DNA of 63,989 nucleotides, filler included, from Collodictyon triciliatum (taxonomy: Eukaryota), in NCBI GenBank assembly GCA_043381765.1. It is 27 parts of 27 records of this genome, joined end to end, with 100 filler letters (N's around TTAATTAATTAA, not from the genome) between each part and the next. Parts side by side here need not be neighbours in the genome. Positions count along the whole stretch, not along the records: positions 40,669 to 42,952 come from JBHJMP010009145.1; positions 43,053 to 45,336 come from JBHJMP010009146.1; positions 45,437 to 47,717 come from JBHJMP010009147.1; positions 47,818 to 50,101 come from JBHJMP010009148.1; positions 50,202 to 52,482 come from JBHJMP010009149.1; positions 52,583 to 54,861 come from JBHJMP010009152.1; 21 more parts are not named here. One strand, written 5' to 3'. Numbering within the stretch: the first letter of the stretch is position 1; every line of letters begins with the position of its first letter. Shown here piece after piece: positions 40,825-54,833 of the stretch. The notes beneath the pieces are model-generated. The model searched no databases, had not been told where the DNA came from, and saw only the letters and a list, made by a program, of their open reading frames with translations. The translations under genes and the position numbers were made by a program.

Positions 40825-42732
40825 ATGGGGTTAAAAGAATTCCGTGTGCACAAGCTCCTCGGAAAAGGTGGCTATGGGTCGGTATACCAGGCTACAAGGC
40901 TATCTGACGGACTCGAGTTAGTTTTTCTTCACATACTTGACCTCAACGTTTCTTCTCTCTTAAAATAAGAAAGAATGAAAAAAGAAAAAGAAAAAGAAAA
41001 CCCTCGTGACGTTCTACTTTGGAATGAGGCTTTTCTCAAAAAAAAAGTTACATTCACTAGGTATGCCCTTAAGGTTATCAATATGTCCAAGATGACATTT
41101 CAGGAGAGGTGCGAGATATTTTCTCTTCTCATCCAACTTTGCCTCCTTTTTTCTTTTATATTATGTATTATCTCCCTTATAGCACGATTGACTTATGTTG
41201 TTATTACCATTTTGAAACAAATCTATGAATTTTTTTAGGCAAAAAGCCTTGAATGAAATTCGATTTCTGGCGTCAGTCAAGCATCCATGTGTGATATCAT
41301 ATTATGAAGCATTTATTGAAGGAGGGAGATTATTTATCGTGGGTTTATAAACTGTTCGATATTGAGCGCTTAAATATTAGACCTTTCACTATATTTTAGT
41401 CAGCCTCATCGAATATGCAACATTTCATGAAACGGATGTTTTTTAACGTGCATAGCCAAGCACCATTTCTTTTTATCACAACTGATTATCCTTTCTATTC
41501 ACTCAATCAATTTAGGTTATGGAGTTTGCCGCTTGCGGTGATTTACATGGGAGGATTAAGGTTAGGGTTAACAAGAATAATCGTGACTAAATCTTATGTT
41601 TGGCTTTAAAGTATTGGCAAGTGTTATTTTTTCTAATTGTTGTGGAGTTTCTATCCTTAAAAATTTATTAACATGAAAGTGACTAAAGATCGTTGGATAC
41701 ATTTTTTTTGTAATAATAGCTACTAACCCCCTTATGCAGAAGAGGAAAAGTGCACGTCCGATGAAGCGGTATACTGAAGATTTGATTTGGTCTGCACTAA
41801 TTCAAGTATCTCTTGGAGTTCATGCGTTACATAGCTTAAACATAGTCCATCGGGACATAAAGAGCTCCAATATTTTTATCACGAAGGATAATGACCTAAA
41901 AATCGGTGACTTGGTATGTCTGACAATTTAATTGTATGACGTAAAATATCTTAATAGAACAAATCGTATTGAAACTCAGAAAAATAAATATGTATATATA
42001 AGGGCGTATCCAAATTAATGGAGACAGACCTTACACAGACGATGATTGGAACACCATATTACCAAAGTCCTGAAAGTAAGGATTATATTCATTTCCTTCA
42101 CACGACTAATTTCACGAATGACTGCATCATTATAACAAACCGTGCTTTTTCTTATATACGCTTACCAATTTAATTATTGTCGTAGTTTGGGTTCAGACAC
42201 CATACAGTAAAAAGATTGATATTTGGTCGCTTGGTTTGTTTTGATCTGAATCATAATTTTTTAGAAGAAGAAATTTGGCAACCTAGTAATTTATGGGTAT
42301 ATTTACTACCAAAAAAAAAAAGACTCAATTGCCATCCTTTGCACATTAAAACTTGGGTTTATAGGTTGTGTTATTTATGAGATGGCGAGTTATCAATATC
42401 CATTTAATGCTCAAGACTATAAATCACTTGGTCGTAAAGTGCTGCATGGAACTTTCAACCCAATACCATCTTGCTACAGCAAAGATTTGTCTGATTTGAT
42501 CGACTCTCTGTTAAGTAAGTCTTGTTATATTTATATTCAATTTTAGGTCCAGATGCTTATGTGTTCTTCATTATTTCCAAGAGATTTATATGGACATTCT
42601 AATTGATATGTGAATGATATTTGTTTGCTGATGCATTCAGTTGCGGTTCCATCGAAGAGGCCTAGCATCGATGATATCCTCAACATGCCCAGCGTACTTC
42701 GCCGCATGCATTTAATTCCATCATACAAACGG
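40825..42732 (+). CDS. NIMA-related (NEK) kinase domain, 9 exons, 3'-partial
   Basis: LGKGGYGSV, ALNEIRFLASVKHP, HRDIKSSNIF, KIGDLGVSK, IGTPYYQSPE and DIWSLGC motifs. Confidence 0.93.
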
Positions 42733-43217
42733 GTGGGTTGTTTTTTGTATTTTTTTGTATTTTTTGAATTTTTTTGTATTTTTTTGTATTTTTTTGTATT
42801 TTTTTGTATTTTTTTGTATTTTTTTGTATTTTTTTGTATTTTTTGTATTTTTTTGTATTTTTTTGTATTTTTTTGTATTTTTTTGTTCTGTATTTGTTTT
42901 TTGTGTTTTGTGTTTTGTATTTGTTTTTTTTTTGTATTTGTTTTTTGTGTTTNNNNNNNNNNNNNNNNNNNNNNNNNNNNNNNNNNNNNNNNNNNNTTAA
43001 TTAATTAANNNNNNNNNNNNNNNNNNNNNNNNNNNNNNNNNNNNNNNNNNNNTAAACAAAAAAACAAACAAACAAACAAACAAACAAACAAACAAACAAA
43101 CAAACAAACAAACAAACAAACAAACAAACAAACAAACAAACAAACAAACAAACAAACAAACAAAACCAACCTACAATCGAAAGTTGCATCTACCATCGAT
43201 ATTGGTTCTACTTTTAG

Positions 43218-45297
43218 GGTATTGAACCCTCCCGACCACTACAGCAAATATGCGACGGATGGGCCGAGTGGCTCAAGCATTAAAGTTAACGAAGAGGTTT
43301 GTGCATTATACCTATAAAATTTTGAATATTACAGTGAACCATAGCTTATGTAAGAATTTATTCATTCAGTTTGAATTATAACCCTTCTTCATTCGATGCT
43401 ACACAAATAGGTATTAGAAGAGGAGCGGCGTAGCCTCGAGTCTCAGCTGTTGGCTGCAAAGAAACTCATCCTTGTACTTGATCTGGACGAGACTTTGTTA
43501 CACTCTCATCACCCGTCAGCTTACGCAATATCCGAAGATTGGGTTGGGCACTGTGGCTTGAGTTCTTTTCGGCTCCCCAACGAGCGATTTCTGAGATACA
43601 CGAAACTAAGGTGCCTTTTTTATTTTTCTATTTTTCATAATTCTTTAATCTTATTTATTATGAATCATAAACCGATATAAGTGCATCAAATCTAGTGTGA
43701 AATGATGTGCACTACTTCTCCTTTAATTTTGAGTATGAACTGCATATGAGATAAATTATTGCATTGAGTTGCATGGTCAAATATCATGATTCATGCCAGA
43801 GCCCTGACATCAATTTGATTTTAATTTATTAGTCCAGTATACTGATTTATTATCATCCACATCAATATCATATCCTTGATGTTCTATTTCACACAAAAAA
43901 AACAGACCAGGGGCAACAGAATTCATCAAAAGAATGTCGAACTACTTCAAGATATACATTTTCACGCTAGGAACGAGGCAGTACGCATCCAAAATGGCTG
44001 AATTGTTAGACCCTGATTTCAAGTATTTTGACCACGACCTCATCTTTACTATCGATGAGGCATCAAGTACGAGCGAATATTCTCATGTTTTCTTCCGGGA
44101 TTTATTTTCCATTGCTCCACCATCTTCTTCCCTTGTTTCGATTTAATTGCTAACGAGCGATTAATTTGGCTTAGTGAAGAGTTCCTCCAATATTCAAAAG
44201 AAGCTCGATCATTTTGTGTCTTTTCATGAAAATTTGACGGTGATTATGGATGACAGAATTGACGTCTGGTCAGCTCACGAGGAAAATGTTCTCCAAATCA
44301 AAAAATGTAAACTACAATCTATCAACTTTGCTTCGTTTAAAAATTTATCTATTTCTTCCTTTTTTCTTCTTCCTTTTTATTTTTAATATTCAAAGGAAGA
44401 GCAATTAGATGATTTTGATGCGTTCTTGTGTGCGAAATACCAGATTCCGAGTCGAATACATCCTGCAAATAGGAATACTACCATATCACTATTGAATGCG
44501 ATAAAAATCGCGATAATAATCCCATCTTCTGCCGCATCTACTAACTGCATGTAGCACAGTTCTATTCTTTCCAGATGCAAGGTTTGTGCACGAGCAGATG
44601 AGTAAGGCGCATAAGAGAAACGCCAACGGAGAAGTGGTGGAGTCTGCAACAAAGTGCCCCATCCCACCAACAATGGACAATTACCTGGCAACGCACGGAG
44701 ATATTCTTGTGAAGATACATGCATCATTCTACGGAATCGGCGGAGAAGCTCCAACCAACGACGTGTTTGTATGTTTCACCACTAATAATACTTTTTTTTT
44801 TTAAAAAAAAAAAGAAGTAAAAAGCAGAACAGTAAATGAGCCTCGCAAATGAACTACCAATTTTTCTCACATTTGAGAATATTCGCATCCTTTATCTCCT
44901 TTTTTTTTCCTCCCTTCATTTCACAAAGTGTATCAACATACTTAAAATCAGGACTCAATCAGTGAAGTTTTGGATATTGTTCTTGGCGGGACATGTTTGC
45001 TTTTCAGTGGAGTATTTGAAATCGGAAAAGACCCGTCCAGGTTTGTGCAATCAGGGTTCTGATCAAGAATTGATTTTTTCCATAAATATTTGTTGATGAG
45101 GCTATTTTCATTTTTTTTTTTTATTGCCTTGATAAAATCCATACACCCACTAAATTGATTGTAAAAACAAATAAATACATCGCATCCTTCGCACATGCAA
45201 TCCACAAAGTCATTTTCTATGGAAAAGAGCAGAAAAATATGGGGCTTCTTGTGAAACAGGATGGACACCAGAAGTCACCCATTTAGTTGCCTTCAGG
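43218..45297 (+). CDS. FCP1: RNA Pol II CTD phosphatase FCP1/CTDP1-like (FCPH plus BRCT), partial
   Basis: LILVLDLDETLLHS, KLRPG..F, FTLGTRQYA..LLDP, IMDDRIDVW, and BRCT LLFSGVF..LW..AEKYGA..VTHLVA. Confidence 0.9.
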
Positions 45298-45436
45298 GTT
45301 CGTCTCTTTGTTTTTCTATCTATCTTTCTTTTTAATNNNNNNNNNNNNNNNNNNNNNNNNNNNNNNNNNNNNNNNNNNNNTTAATTAATTAANNNNNNNN
45401 NNNNNNNNNNNNNNNNNNNNNNNNNNNNNNNNNNNN

Positions 45437-47717
45437 ACTCCGCTGCTCGATAAACAGGGAGTTGGGCTTCGAATGTTCCCATAGCCGGACACAATTTGCA
45501 CTATTTTCACAAGAGAAATTCAATTATTCTCCTTTGTGCATGTATAAAATTCTTCCGTATGAATTATAACAAAAACGTGGACTAAATGTATGAAGTACAA
45601 AACATAGTGCTCGAAGCGAGAGATGAATGAATATCTGGTTGCACAAGACTTACAGTTTTCGTATTCCGGCATAGTGCAGAGCCTTTGCGGATTGTGTGAA
45701 GCAGTCTCCATTGCTCAATAATCAGCGAATTGGGCTTCGAATGTTCACATAGCCGGACACAATTTGCACTATTTTGACAAGAGAAATTCTATTATTTCCT
45801 TTATGGTAAAAATTCTTCCGGATGAATTATAACAAAAACATCGACTAAGTGTATGAAGTACAAAACATAGTGCTCGAAGTGAGAGATGAATAGAATATCT
45901 GGTTGCACAAGACTTACGGTTTTCGTATTCCGGCACAGTGCAGAGCCTTTGCAGGTCTTGTGTGAAGCAGACTTTGTCGCAGTCAGGCGTAGTGCAGAGC
46001 CTTTGCAGTCTTCGTGTGTGGAGCAGACTCAGTTGCTCGATAAACAGGGAATTGGGCTTCGAATGTTCACATAACCGCACACATATCGCACTATTTTTCA
46101 TAGGAGAAATTCAATTTTTCTCCGCTATGCATGCATAAAATTCTTCTGTATGAATTATAACAAAAACATCGGCTAAGTGTGTGCAAGTACAAAACAAAGT
46201 GCTGGAAACGAAGGGAAAAATAAAATGTCTGGTTGCAGAAGACTTACGGTTTTCGGATTCCGGCACAGTGCAGAGCCTTTGCGGATTGTGTGCGAAGCAG
46301 ACTTCGTCGCATTCTAGCATAGTGCAGAGCCTTTGTGGATTGTGTGTGGAGCAGACTCCATCGTTTGATAAACAGAGAATTGGGCTTCGAATGTTCCACA
46401 TAGCTGGACACAGACTGTCCTATTTTTGGCAGGAGAAATTCTATTATTCTCCTTTGTGCATGTTAAATTCTTCCGTATGAATTATGACAAAAACATCGGC
46501 TAGGTGTGCGCTTCGTCAAAACAAAATGCTCGATGCGAAGAGAATAATAGTATTTCTGGACGCACGAGACTTACGGTTTTCGTATTCCGGCACATTGCAG
46601 AGCCTTTGCGGATTGTGTGTGAAGCAGACTTTGTCGCAGTCAGGCGTAGTGCAGAGCCTTTGCAGTCTTCGTGTGTGGAGCAGACTCCGTCGTTTGATAA
46701 ACAGGGAATTGGGCTTCGAATGTTCCACATAACCGCACACATATCGCACTATTTTTCATAGGAGAAATTCAATTTTTTTCCGCTATGCATGCATAAAATT
46801 CTTCCGTATGAATTATAAAAAAAACGTGGACTAAGTGCATGAAGTACAAAACATAGTGCTCGAAGTGAGAGATGAATAGAATATCTGGTTGCACAAGACT
46901 TACGGTTTTCGTATTCCGGCACATTGCAGAGCCTTTGCGGATTGTGTGTGAAGCAGACTTCGTCGCATTCTAGCATAGTGGAGATCCTTTGCAATCTTTG
47001 CGTGTGTGGGCAGACTTCGTCGACGTTCGATAATCAGGGAATTGGGCTTCGAATGTTCACATAGCCGGACACAATTTGCACTATTTTCACAAGAGAAATT
47101 CAATTTTTCTCCTTTGTGCATGTATAAAATTCTTCCGTATGAATTATAACAAAAACGTGGACTAAGTGCATGAAGTACAAAACATAGTGCTCGAAGTGAG
47201 AGATGAATAGAATATCTGGTTGCACGAGACTTACGGTTTTCGTATTCCGGCACATTGCAGAGCCTTTGCTCGTCTTCGTGTGTATGATGCAGACATCGTC
47301 GTTCGATAATCAGGGTATTGGTATTGGGCTTCGAATGTTCCACATAGCCGGACACAATTTGCACTATTTTCACAAGAGAAATTCAATTATTCTCCTTTAT
47401 CCATGAATAGACTACTTCCATACGAATTATAACAAAAACATCGACTAAGTGTATGCAAGTACAAAACAAAGTGCTCGAAACGAAGGGAAAAATAAAATGT
47501 CTGGCTGCACGAGACTTACAGTTTTCGTATTCCGGCATAGTGCAGAGCCTTTGCGGTCTTGTGTGAAGCAGACTTCGTCACATTCCCGCATAGTGGAGAG
47601 CCTTTGCTCGTCTTCGTGTGTGAAGCAGACTTCGTCGTATTCGGGGATAACGCAGAGTCTTCGCGGATTGTGTGTGAAGCAGACTCCGTCGTTTGATAAA
47701 CAGGGAATTGGGCTTCG
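45437..47717. repeat. Complex tandem satellite of about 270-385-bp units containing variable numbers of ~54-bp subunits
   Basis: The anchor ttgggcttcg occurs at 45462, 45730, 46052, 46380, 46709, 47042, 47324 and 47708. Confidence 0.92.
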
Positions 47718-48048
47718 NNNNNNNNNNNNNNNNNNNNNNNNNNNNNNNNNNNNNNNNNNNNTTAATTAATTAANNNNNNNNNNNNNNNNNNNNNNNNNNN
47801 NNNNNNNNNNNNNNNNNAATAACAAGAATAACAAGAATAACAAGAATAACAAGAATAACAAGAATAACAAGAATAACAAGAATAACAAGAATAACAAGAA
47901 TAACAAGAATAACAAAAGAAAAAAGAAAAAAGAAAAAGATTTATTTTATTTTTTCCTTTGTCCGATTCTAGGGAAGGAATGATTTTTTTATATGTTTTTT
48001 ACAGCCTGACGTAACTGTTTGCGCCAAAAAAGTTTTCTTTTATAGTTT

Positions 48049-49787
48049 TTGTCGGGATGGACCAAAATACTGAACAACTACGGCGTCTACAGACCGTATG
48101 CGAGAAGTTGTCGCGCGAATTGCAGGTATACCACATATATATCCATTTACTTTTTTTTCTTTCTTTCATCGGAATACTAATAAAAGGAAACATAGACAAC
48201 AAAAGAAAGTCATGAGGGTCATATTCAGCGATTGACAGAGAACTACGAAGCTGCCCTTGAAGATATGCAGAGGTCGATAAATATGCACGTAGAGACCATT
48301 CAAAAGGTATAAAATAATACCATACACTAAAAAAAACACACAAATGCTACAAAAGATAGATAATGATGTATCTTGCCAAAAGCAGTTGTATATTGTGAAT
48401 TCTTGCTATTCATTTGATAATTATTTTTTTTTAAGAGAATGGCAAGAAATCTGAACAGTATATTGTCTTTAAGTAGCATACAATATAATTCCATTTGTAA
48501 GCCAACAGCTCCACCATCCTGCACAAAATTGAAAGGAAGAGTAAAAAAAAAATAATCCATTTGTATGTTGATTGAGAGTTCTTTTCTTTGGCAGATGTCA
48601 TCTACAGTACAAGAAAAAGATGACTACGCCCTTTCCTTAGAAAGTGATTGGGAGATGTACAAGAATGAAAAAGACAATCATGTATGCATACAATAAAATA
48701 CCACCTTTTCATGATTTTGGATGTGATGATATGTAATTATAGTCTGGCGGTTTGAATTGATACTTTACTCACAAGAATATTCAGATAGCCCATATTTTAG
48801 AGGAAAAAAATATTCTGCGATCAAAATTGCAACTTAGTGAAGAGGAAGTACAAATTCTAAAAAAAGAAGTGGACTCATTACAATCGAAAAGGACTGATGC
48901 ATTTCTCGAAAAACCCACTGAAAAAATCGAAATAATACAATCATTACTGGAAGAATCGCGGGTATATCGTATCTCCATGTATAAAGTTGCATGTTCAACG
49001 AAGGATCAACCCGAAGAAGCTTTTTATGCCATTTTTTTTTAAAGATATATCTTTTATATTTTAATGAATACCTTGCAATCACCCAGAAAGATAACGAAAG
49101 GCTTCAAGTACAACTCCGCCAAGTACGAGAGACTTTGTCTTTCGAGCAAGAACGTAACCGGAAACTTGAAGAACAGTATCAAATATTGGAAGAATCTCGC
49201 AGCCAAATGGCTGGTGATATACTTCTTTTAAGAAGCCAAAATGAAGGATACCTCTCAGCTTTGCATGAAATGGAGGCAAAACTAAACGTATAAATGACCT
49301 ATATTTTTACAAATATCCAAAATCAGAAAGTTAATTGAAATAAAAGTAATATCCTAACAAACTCATTTAATGAAAAAGTGCGAATAATAATAATAAAAAA
49401 AAAAAGAAAGCAAGAAAAAATCATATCAAATAATGGAGAGTCAAAATACACAGAGTTTGTTTAAACCCAAGATTTCAATAGAGAGCTGTGGCTCCAGAGG
49501 AATTTCAGAGACTTACAAGAGAAATCCAACATCTTAAGTGAGTTCCATCATGTAATCGATGCATATTTTTAAAGCTTCTCATTCGACGATCCACAACAAG
49601 AGGGGTACTAACATTATTTTATATAAAAACATAAGGATTATTTTCTTAATTTAATTCGAAATTTTTTTATAGATCGAGCCTTCATCTTCATGTTGTGGAG
49701 AAGGAGATCCTTGAAGAAGAGCTCAGCCAATCAAAGAAGACTCAGCAAACGTATCGGCAATATAACCAGACTCGGGATGACAACAGA
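48049..49787 (+). CDS. Coiled-coil protein, multi-exon, partial
   Basis: Six phase-compatible GT-AG exons rich in E/K/L/Q. Confidence 0.7.
48485..48565 (+). mobile_element. About 50-nt 5'-truncated LINE 3' end with an A-tail and a ~14-bp TSD, in an intron
   Basis: caccatcctgcacaaaattgaaa is shared with 17437-17459 and is flanked by ataat(t)ccatttgta. Confidence 0.8.
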
Positions 49788-50201
49788 GTATGCATTATTT
49801 TCTATTTATTTTGGTGTTAATTTTATAACCGAAGTTTCATTCGATGTTGAATTGCTATTTGAAAAGATTAAAAAAAATTTTTTTTTTTTTACTTCTATTG
49901 CAATTGTATTTCTTCTGTATGAAAACTCTTCGATGTATAGAATTTATGCAACCAAGGGAATGTTTTTTTTTAAATATAATTAAAGTAAAATGGTCGTGTT
50001 ATCCTCTTCTCTCTCTCTCTCTCCTCCTCCTCCTCCTCCTCCTCCTCTATTCTTTGCATTCTCATAGCCACCCCATGTTTCACCAACAAAGCCGTGGACT
50101 TNNNNNNNNNNNNNNNNNNNNNNNNNNNNNNNNNNNNNNNNNNNNTTAATTAATTAANNNNNNNNNNNNNNNNNNNNNNNNNNNNNNNNNNNNNNNNNNN
50201 N

Positions 50202-50299
<98 letters not shown>

Positions 50300-51335
50300 C
50301 ACGATTGACTCACAGGACGATATCCTCCGGGCGCTGATAACTATTCAAAACTCGGTGCACAGCGCAGCCGAAACTGCAAAGGCACAGCAAACGGCACAAA
50401 ACGATTCGATTCTTTTGCTGCAGGCCAAAATCGAGGAAGCTGAAAAAACTCTACAGACGCACGCGGCGAGGCTTTCGTCATTCCATGCCAGTTCAGAATC
50501 TCATCTCCATCTCGATTGATTCTCATTTAAAGAGAATATTTTCAATCATTCAGTACGGGCGAATGCACATCAGCAAACAGACAAAAAAAAAATCAATAAA
50601 TTATTGTAGGATGCTTTGATAGTTATCTCTATTTCCGACTCATATCAATACCACATTCAAGCCCACCAAAATCACATATTAAAAAGAGCGTACTGCTTTC
50701 TAATTATCTTAAAAAATATATATAAAAATAAAAAGAAGGAATTACATATTGTGGCCTTCAATGGAATGTTTGACATATATTGGTTATTTGTTAATCCAAA
50801 ATATAAATGCAAGCGAAACTTTTGCAACTGGAGTTTGATTCGTTACCAGTGTCTTCCCATGCATGAAATTATGAAAAAAGTGAGAATTTAAATGAAGCCA
50901 AGATGGTTACAAAAAGTATCCAATTTTTTATAGTTCTAATCTCCATAGCTAAGCAAAGTGAGAGAGCAAGAAGAAAAGAAAATAGCAATAAGCAGTGAGG
51001 GCTAAGGATGGATGGATTTGGTTTGGAACAAAAAAAAAAGTTGCGTGGATATTACAGGCTTTGTGTGAGTTTGCTGATGGTGGTTACGTATTGCGGTTGT
51101 TGGTCTTTCCATGCCTTTATGGCAGATAGTATCTGGATATGAAATCATGTGAGTATATAACAAATCAGATATCGCTGTATATAAAGTATTCTCGGTATAT
51201 TTCGGTGGTGGCATTGGAAAGTTCATACATAACTGGAGAAGAGATAGTTGACATATTTGCAACGGCTCAAACTAGGGTAAATGGAGTATATATATTTCAT
51301 TTGTGCATCAAAAACATCGAAAAGAAGCTACGTAC

Positions 51336-52207
51336 ATGAAGCAAATCATTATTTCTGCTCGTAATGATACCAAGTAATTGAGAGACCTTCTCTTTCCGCT
51401 TGGAGAGAATTTCTTTCAATCTTTTAGTTTTTTCTTTTTCCTGCGTTAAGTTTTTTTTTTTGGGTGTTACACCAAAGGGTCGGTTGACATATAACACGGT
51501 ACTCATTCATGAGGAGAAAGTCAAGCTGTCATAGTTCCATTACTTGGTCGAGCTTTTCCAAGAGCTGTCTCTTATACACAGAGTGAGCCTGTTCATATGA
51601 CTTCCGAGCCATTTTGGTGCATCGTGCGTTGAGTGATAAGCTTGAGTAAAAAAGAAAGAAGACCATGAGCCATCAGTGATTGACTGATAAAATGTATATA
51701 TTGAATACATATAGGGTGTTCCGTCAAATTTACGTGGTGCTTTTGTCGCGGATGTATATGTCCAAGTCCAACAGCCTGTTTGATAAATTGTAAGCATCGG
51801 AATTACATATCTCCCAGAACCCTGTCTGTATAAACATAAAGGCGTCTTAGTTGAATGAAAACAAAGTGACCGAAGAAAAAGTCATTGATGACAACATAAT
51901 TCGGGCTGAACGAGTCATACTTGAACACTGATGGTTGCACCTTTATTGAACGATATAAATGCCTCTTGCAGTATTGCACTATGCTTATCGCTGTTGAAGG
52001 ACAATATTTGTTGAGAAATTACGAAAATACTTGTTGAAACGATTAAAAGAAAAGGCAGTAGTCGAAAACGAGGATGTAAAGACCATACCGAAACTGTGCT
52101 GGGAACAAGTCAAGAAAAGCATTCTCTGAAACACGTCCGAGTGTCTTTTCCACCGCTTTCATTAGGACAAGCTCCAGCTTTCTGAGTCGTGGGCTCTCCT
52201 CCACCAT
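51336..52207 (-). CDS. Possible kinetochore Nnf1/PMF1-like protein, multi-exon
   Basis: RLRKLELVLMKAVEKTLGRVSENAFLDLFP..LSNRLLDLD plus a C-terminal coiled coil resemble Nnf1; the gene structure is clearer than the family call. Confidence 0.45.
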
Positions 52208-52447
52208 CAGCAATACGAGGTTTTCTGTTGTGCGCTGTAGACAAGGGGAAGGGTTAAAAATATCCGCCCATAGGCATATCACACAGCCCAAGAAAAACGA
52301 AAAAATGGAAAAAATGGAAAAAATGGAAAAAATGGAAAAAATGGAAAAAATGGAAAAAATGGAAAAAATGGAAAAAATGAAAAAAAATGAAAAAAATGAA
52401 AAAAAATGGAAAAATGAAAAAAATGAATAAAGATAAAAGATAAAAGA

Positions 52448-52482
<35 letters not shown>

Positions 52483-52784
52483 NNNNNNNNNNNNNNNNNN
52501 NNNNNNNNNNNNNNNNNNNNNNNNNNTTAATTAATTAANNNNNNNNNNNNNNNNNNNNNNNNNNNNNNNNNNNNNNNNNNNNAAAAAAAAGAAAAAACAA
52601 AAATAAAAGAAAAGAGATAAAAGGAAAAAACCAAAAAACCAAAAAAGAAAAAGAAAAGAGATAAAAGGAAAAATAAACACAATCAAATATTTATGTCTTT
52701 AAAAAATTTAATAGAAAAGGCAGCAAATAGTCTTTTTTAGATCACATACAGAAGATTATTGGGAATTGGAAGTAGAAAATTACA

Positions 52785-54833
52785 GGTGTTGAACAGTTCG
52801 GATGTTTCCAACTCCCAGGGACTCCTTTGTCTTATCATTTTTCCGGTTGACTATGCTTTGGGTGGGTTTGCAAACACGGGAAAAATCTCGGTCTATGCTG
52901 GGCGATGGAATCTACTCAACAATAGGAAATCAAAATCAAAATCAAAATCAAAATCAAAATCAAAATCAAAATCAAAAACAAAAACAAAAACAAAAACAAA
53001 AACAAGATAAAAGATTGAACACAACCAAAGAATATCACTCCGAAAGATTTAGAAAATACCCGCCCGCGTAAGTCTTTGAGCCTTTCCTCTCGTTCCTGTC
53101 TCGAAGCAATTTTGCTCGCACTCTTTGACCTTCTTTCTAATGCTATTTGTATATCCTACATATTGAACACATTTTCAATGCAATCATGTCTGCGTAATGA
53201 AAAGCAGTTTAAAGAAAGATGAAAAAAAATCAGAAATCAAACTATACTACGAAAAATAAAACCATACCCTTTGTTGCCTTCGTTGGATTTCCTCTGGGTC
53301 TACATACGCCCTATCTTTCAGTTTTTCAGCCGCTTTAAGAATCTCATCAATCTCGGAGGTTTTTTTCCTCTCATCCTTGTATTCCTCAAGCAAACGTTTG
53401 GTAAGATTCTAAATACAATATGGAATGCAGCAGATGAGAAATGGGAGTATTGTTTGAAGATTTTTTCCGTTGAAGAATGTCCGCAGTCTATTTTTTTTGA
53501 AGGATATGAAACGACATTCTGACCCTTTTTTGTTCTTCTTTCAATCTTTGCGCCTCTTTTGATGCCTTTTCCTTCTCAGCCTGCCGCATTCTTTCTTCAT
53601 CCACTTGCGATTGTTTCTCTCGCTATAGACAAAGCACCCATTAATTAAATCGTTCCAATAAAAAAAAATTATGATGAATCAAAAGCTAAAACCTAAACTA
53701 AAAAAATAAGGGACGAATTTTTTTCATAGTTTCCTTCGACAGAACCCTGTGTATAGAAAACAGTATTTAAGTAGAAAGGAAAACCTTCCAGACTTCGAGT
53801 TTTAGCTTTTGTTCCGCTCGAAATATCTCTGTCGTATGGTCATTTGTTTGCACATGTTTTACATCAATCTCCTGGGCCACTGCCCGAACGGTTCTACTCT
53901 TTGTGTCCTAAAATGATTATTAAAATAATAGAGAAAATTGATTCCAGGAATTTCAGTGGTATATAAAAGCTGGAAGCCAGTAGAAAAAAAAAACTAGACT
54001 AGACCCATCATTACAACATAAAAAAAAAAAGGATATAAACGAGGTGCTAATTCAAATAAACGTGTGGATTCTTATCCATGCCTCCTTAAACTTCTTCCAT
54101 TCTTGGAGAGTGTCTTTCTTTTCTTGAAGTAACTCCTGCAATCTCAGGTAGTTATTATAATGCTCCTCCCAATCTTTTTGGGTTTTTCCAGGTATTGCAG
54201 TCTCAGCTCTGAGGAAAAGTGTCCCTGGTTCCTTTTGGGAGTCAAAAATGAAATATTGACCATATTTTCGAGATAACAACGCATTGAAATCACACACACA
54301 AGGATTGTTATACTACATACTGGAAATATTCTCAAGAATCGCATGAATGTATGATGGTCTCTGCTATCCCACCCACAGTCGTTTCCACCTATTTGAGCTA
54401 TTCGTTTCTGCAAGAAATATTCATTTTTTAAATGATTTTGGTCAACCGGACGAAAAAAATCTCGTAAGATATGCACAATAACGTTATCCGGTGCTTCAAA
54501 GTTACATATGCGGTTGTCTTATATTGTTTGAAAAACTAAACATTCACCTCAATCGATCGTATCAGCTTGTGAATATCAGCATTTTCAATGTCTGTGATGA
54601 CTTTTCGTGATGGAGTGGCAGATTTCTTCGAAGCATCAGCTTTCTTGGAAATATTGCTTCGAGAATAAAAAGCAAATAAATAGGCAATCCAACTGAAATA
54701 CAAATAAAATTTTACTTATTTTAAACTTACCTTGGGATAGCTGTATCTTCAGCTCCCCATCTGTCCATTCTTTGCTGAAATACTTGCAGTTCCTTTTCAA
54801 TCGTCTTTTCTTCTTCAATAAGACGGTCATACC
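52785..54833 (-). CDS. CCDC112: CCDC112-like centriolar-satellite coiled-coil protein, partial
   Basis: YDRLIEEEKT, GG..CGWDSRDHHTFMR, IPGKTQ..EEH..Y and DRDFSRVCKPT correspond to recalled CCDC112 motifs. Confidence 0.82.

Noticed and set aside
45437-47717. CRISPR-like array
   Set aside because: The sequences between the conserved anchors are homologous to each other rather than unique spacers, units are about 300 bp, and there are no cas genes.
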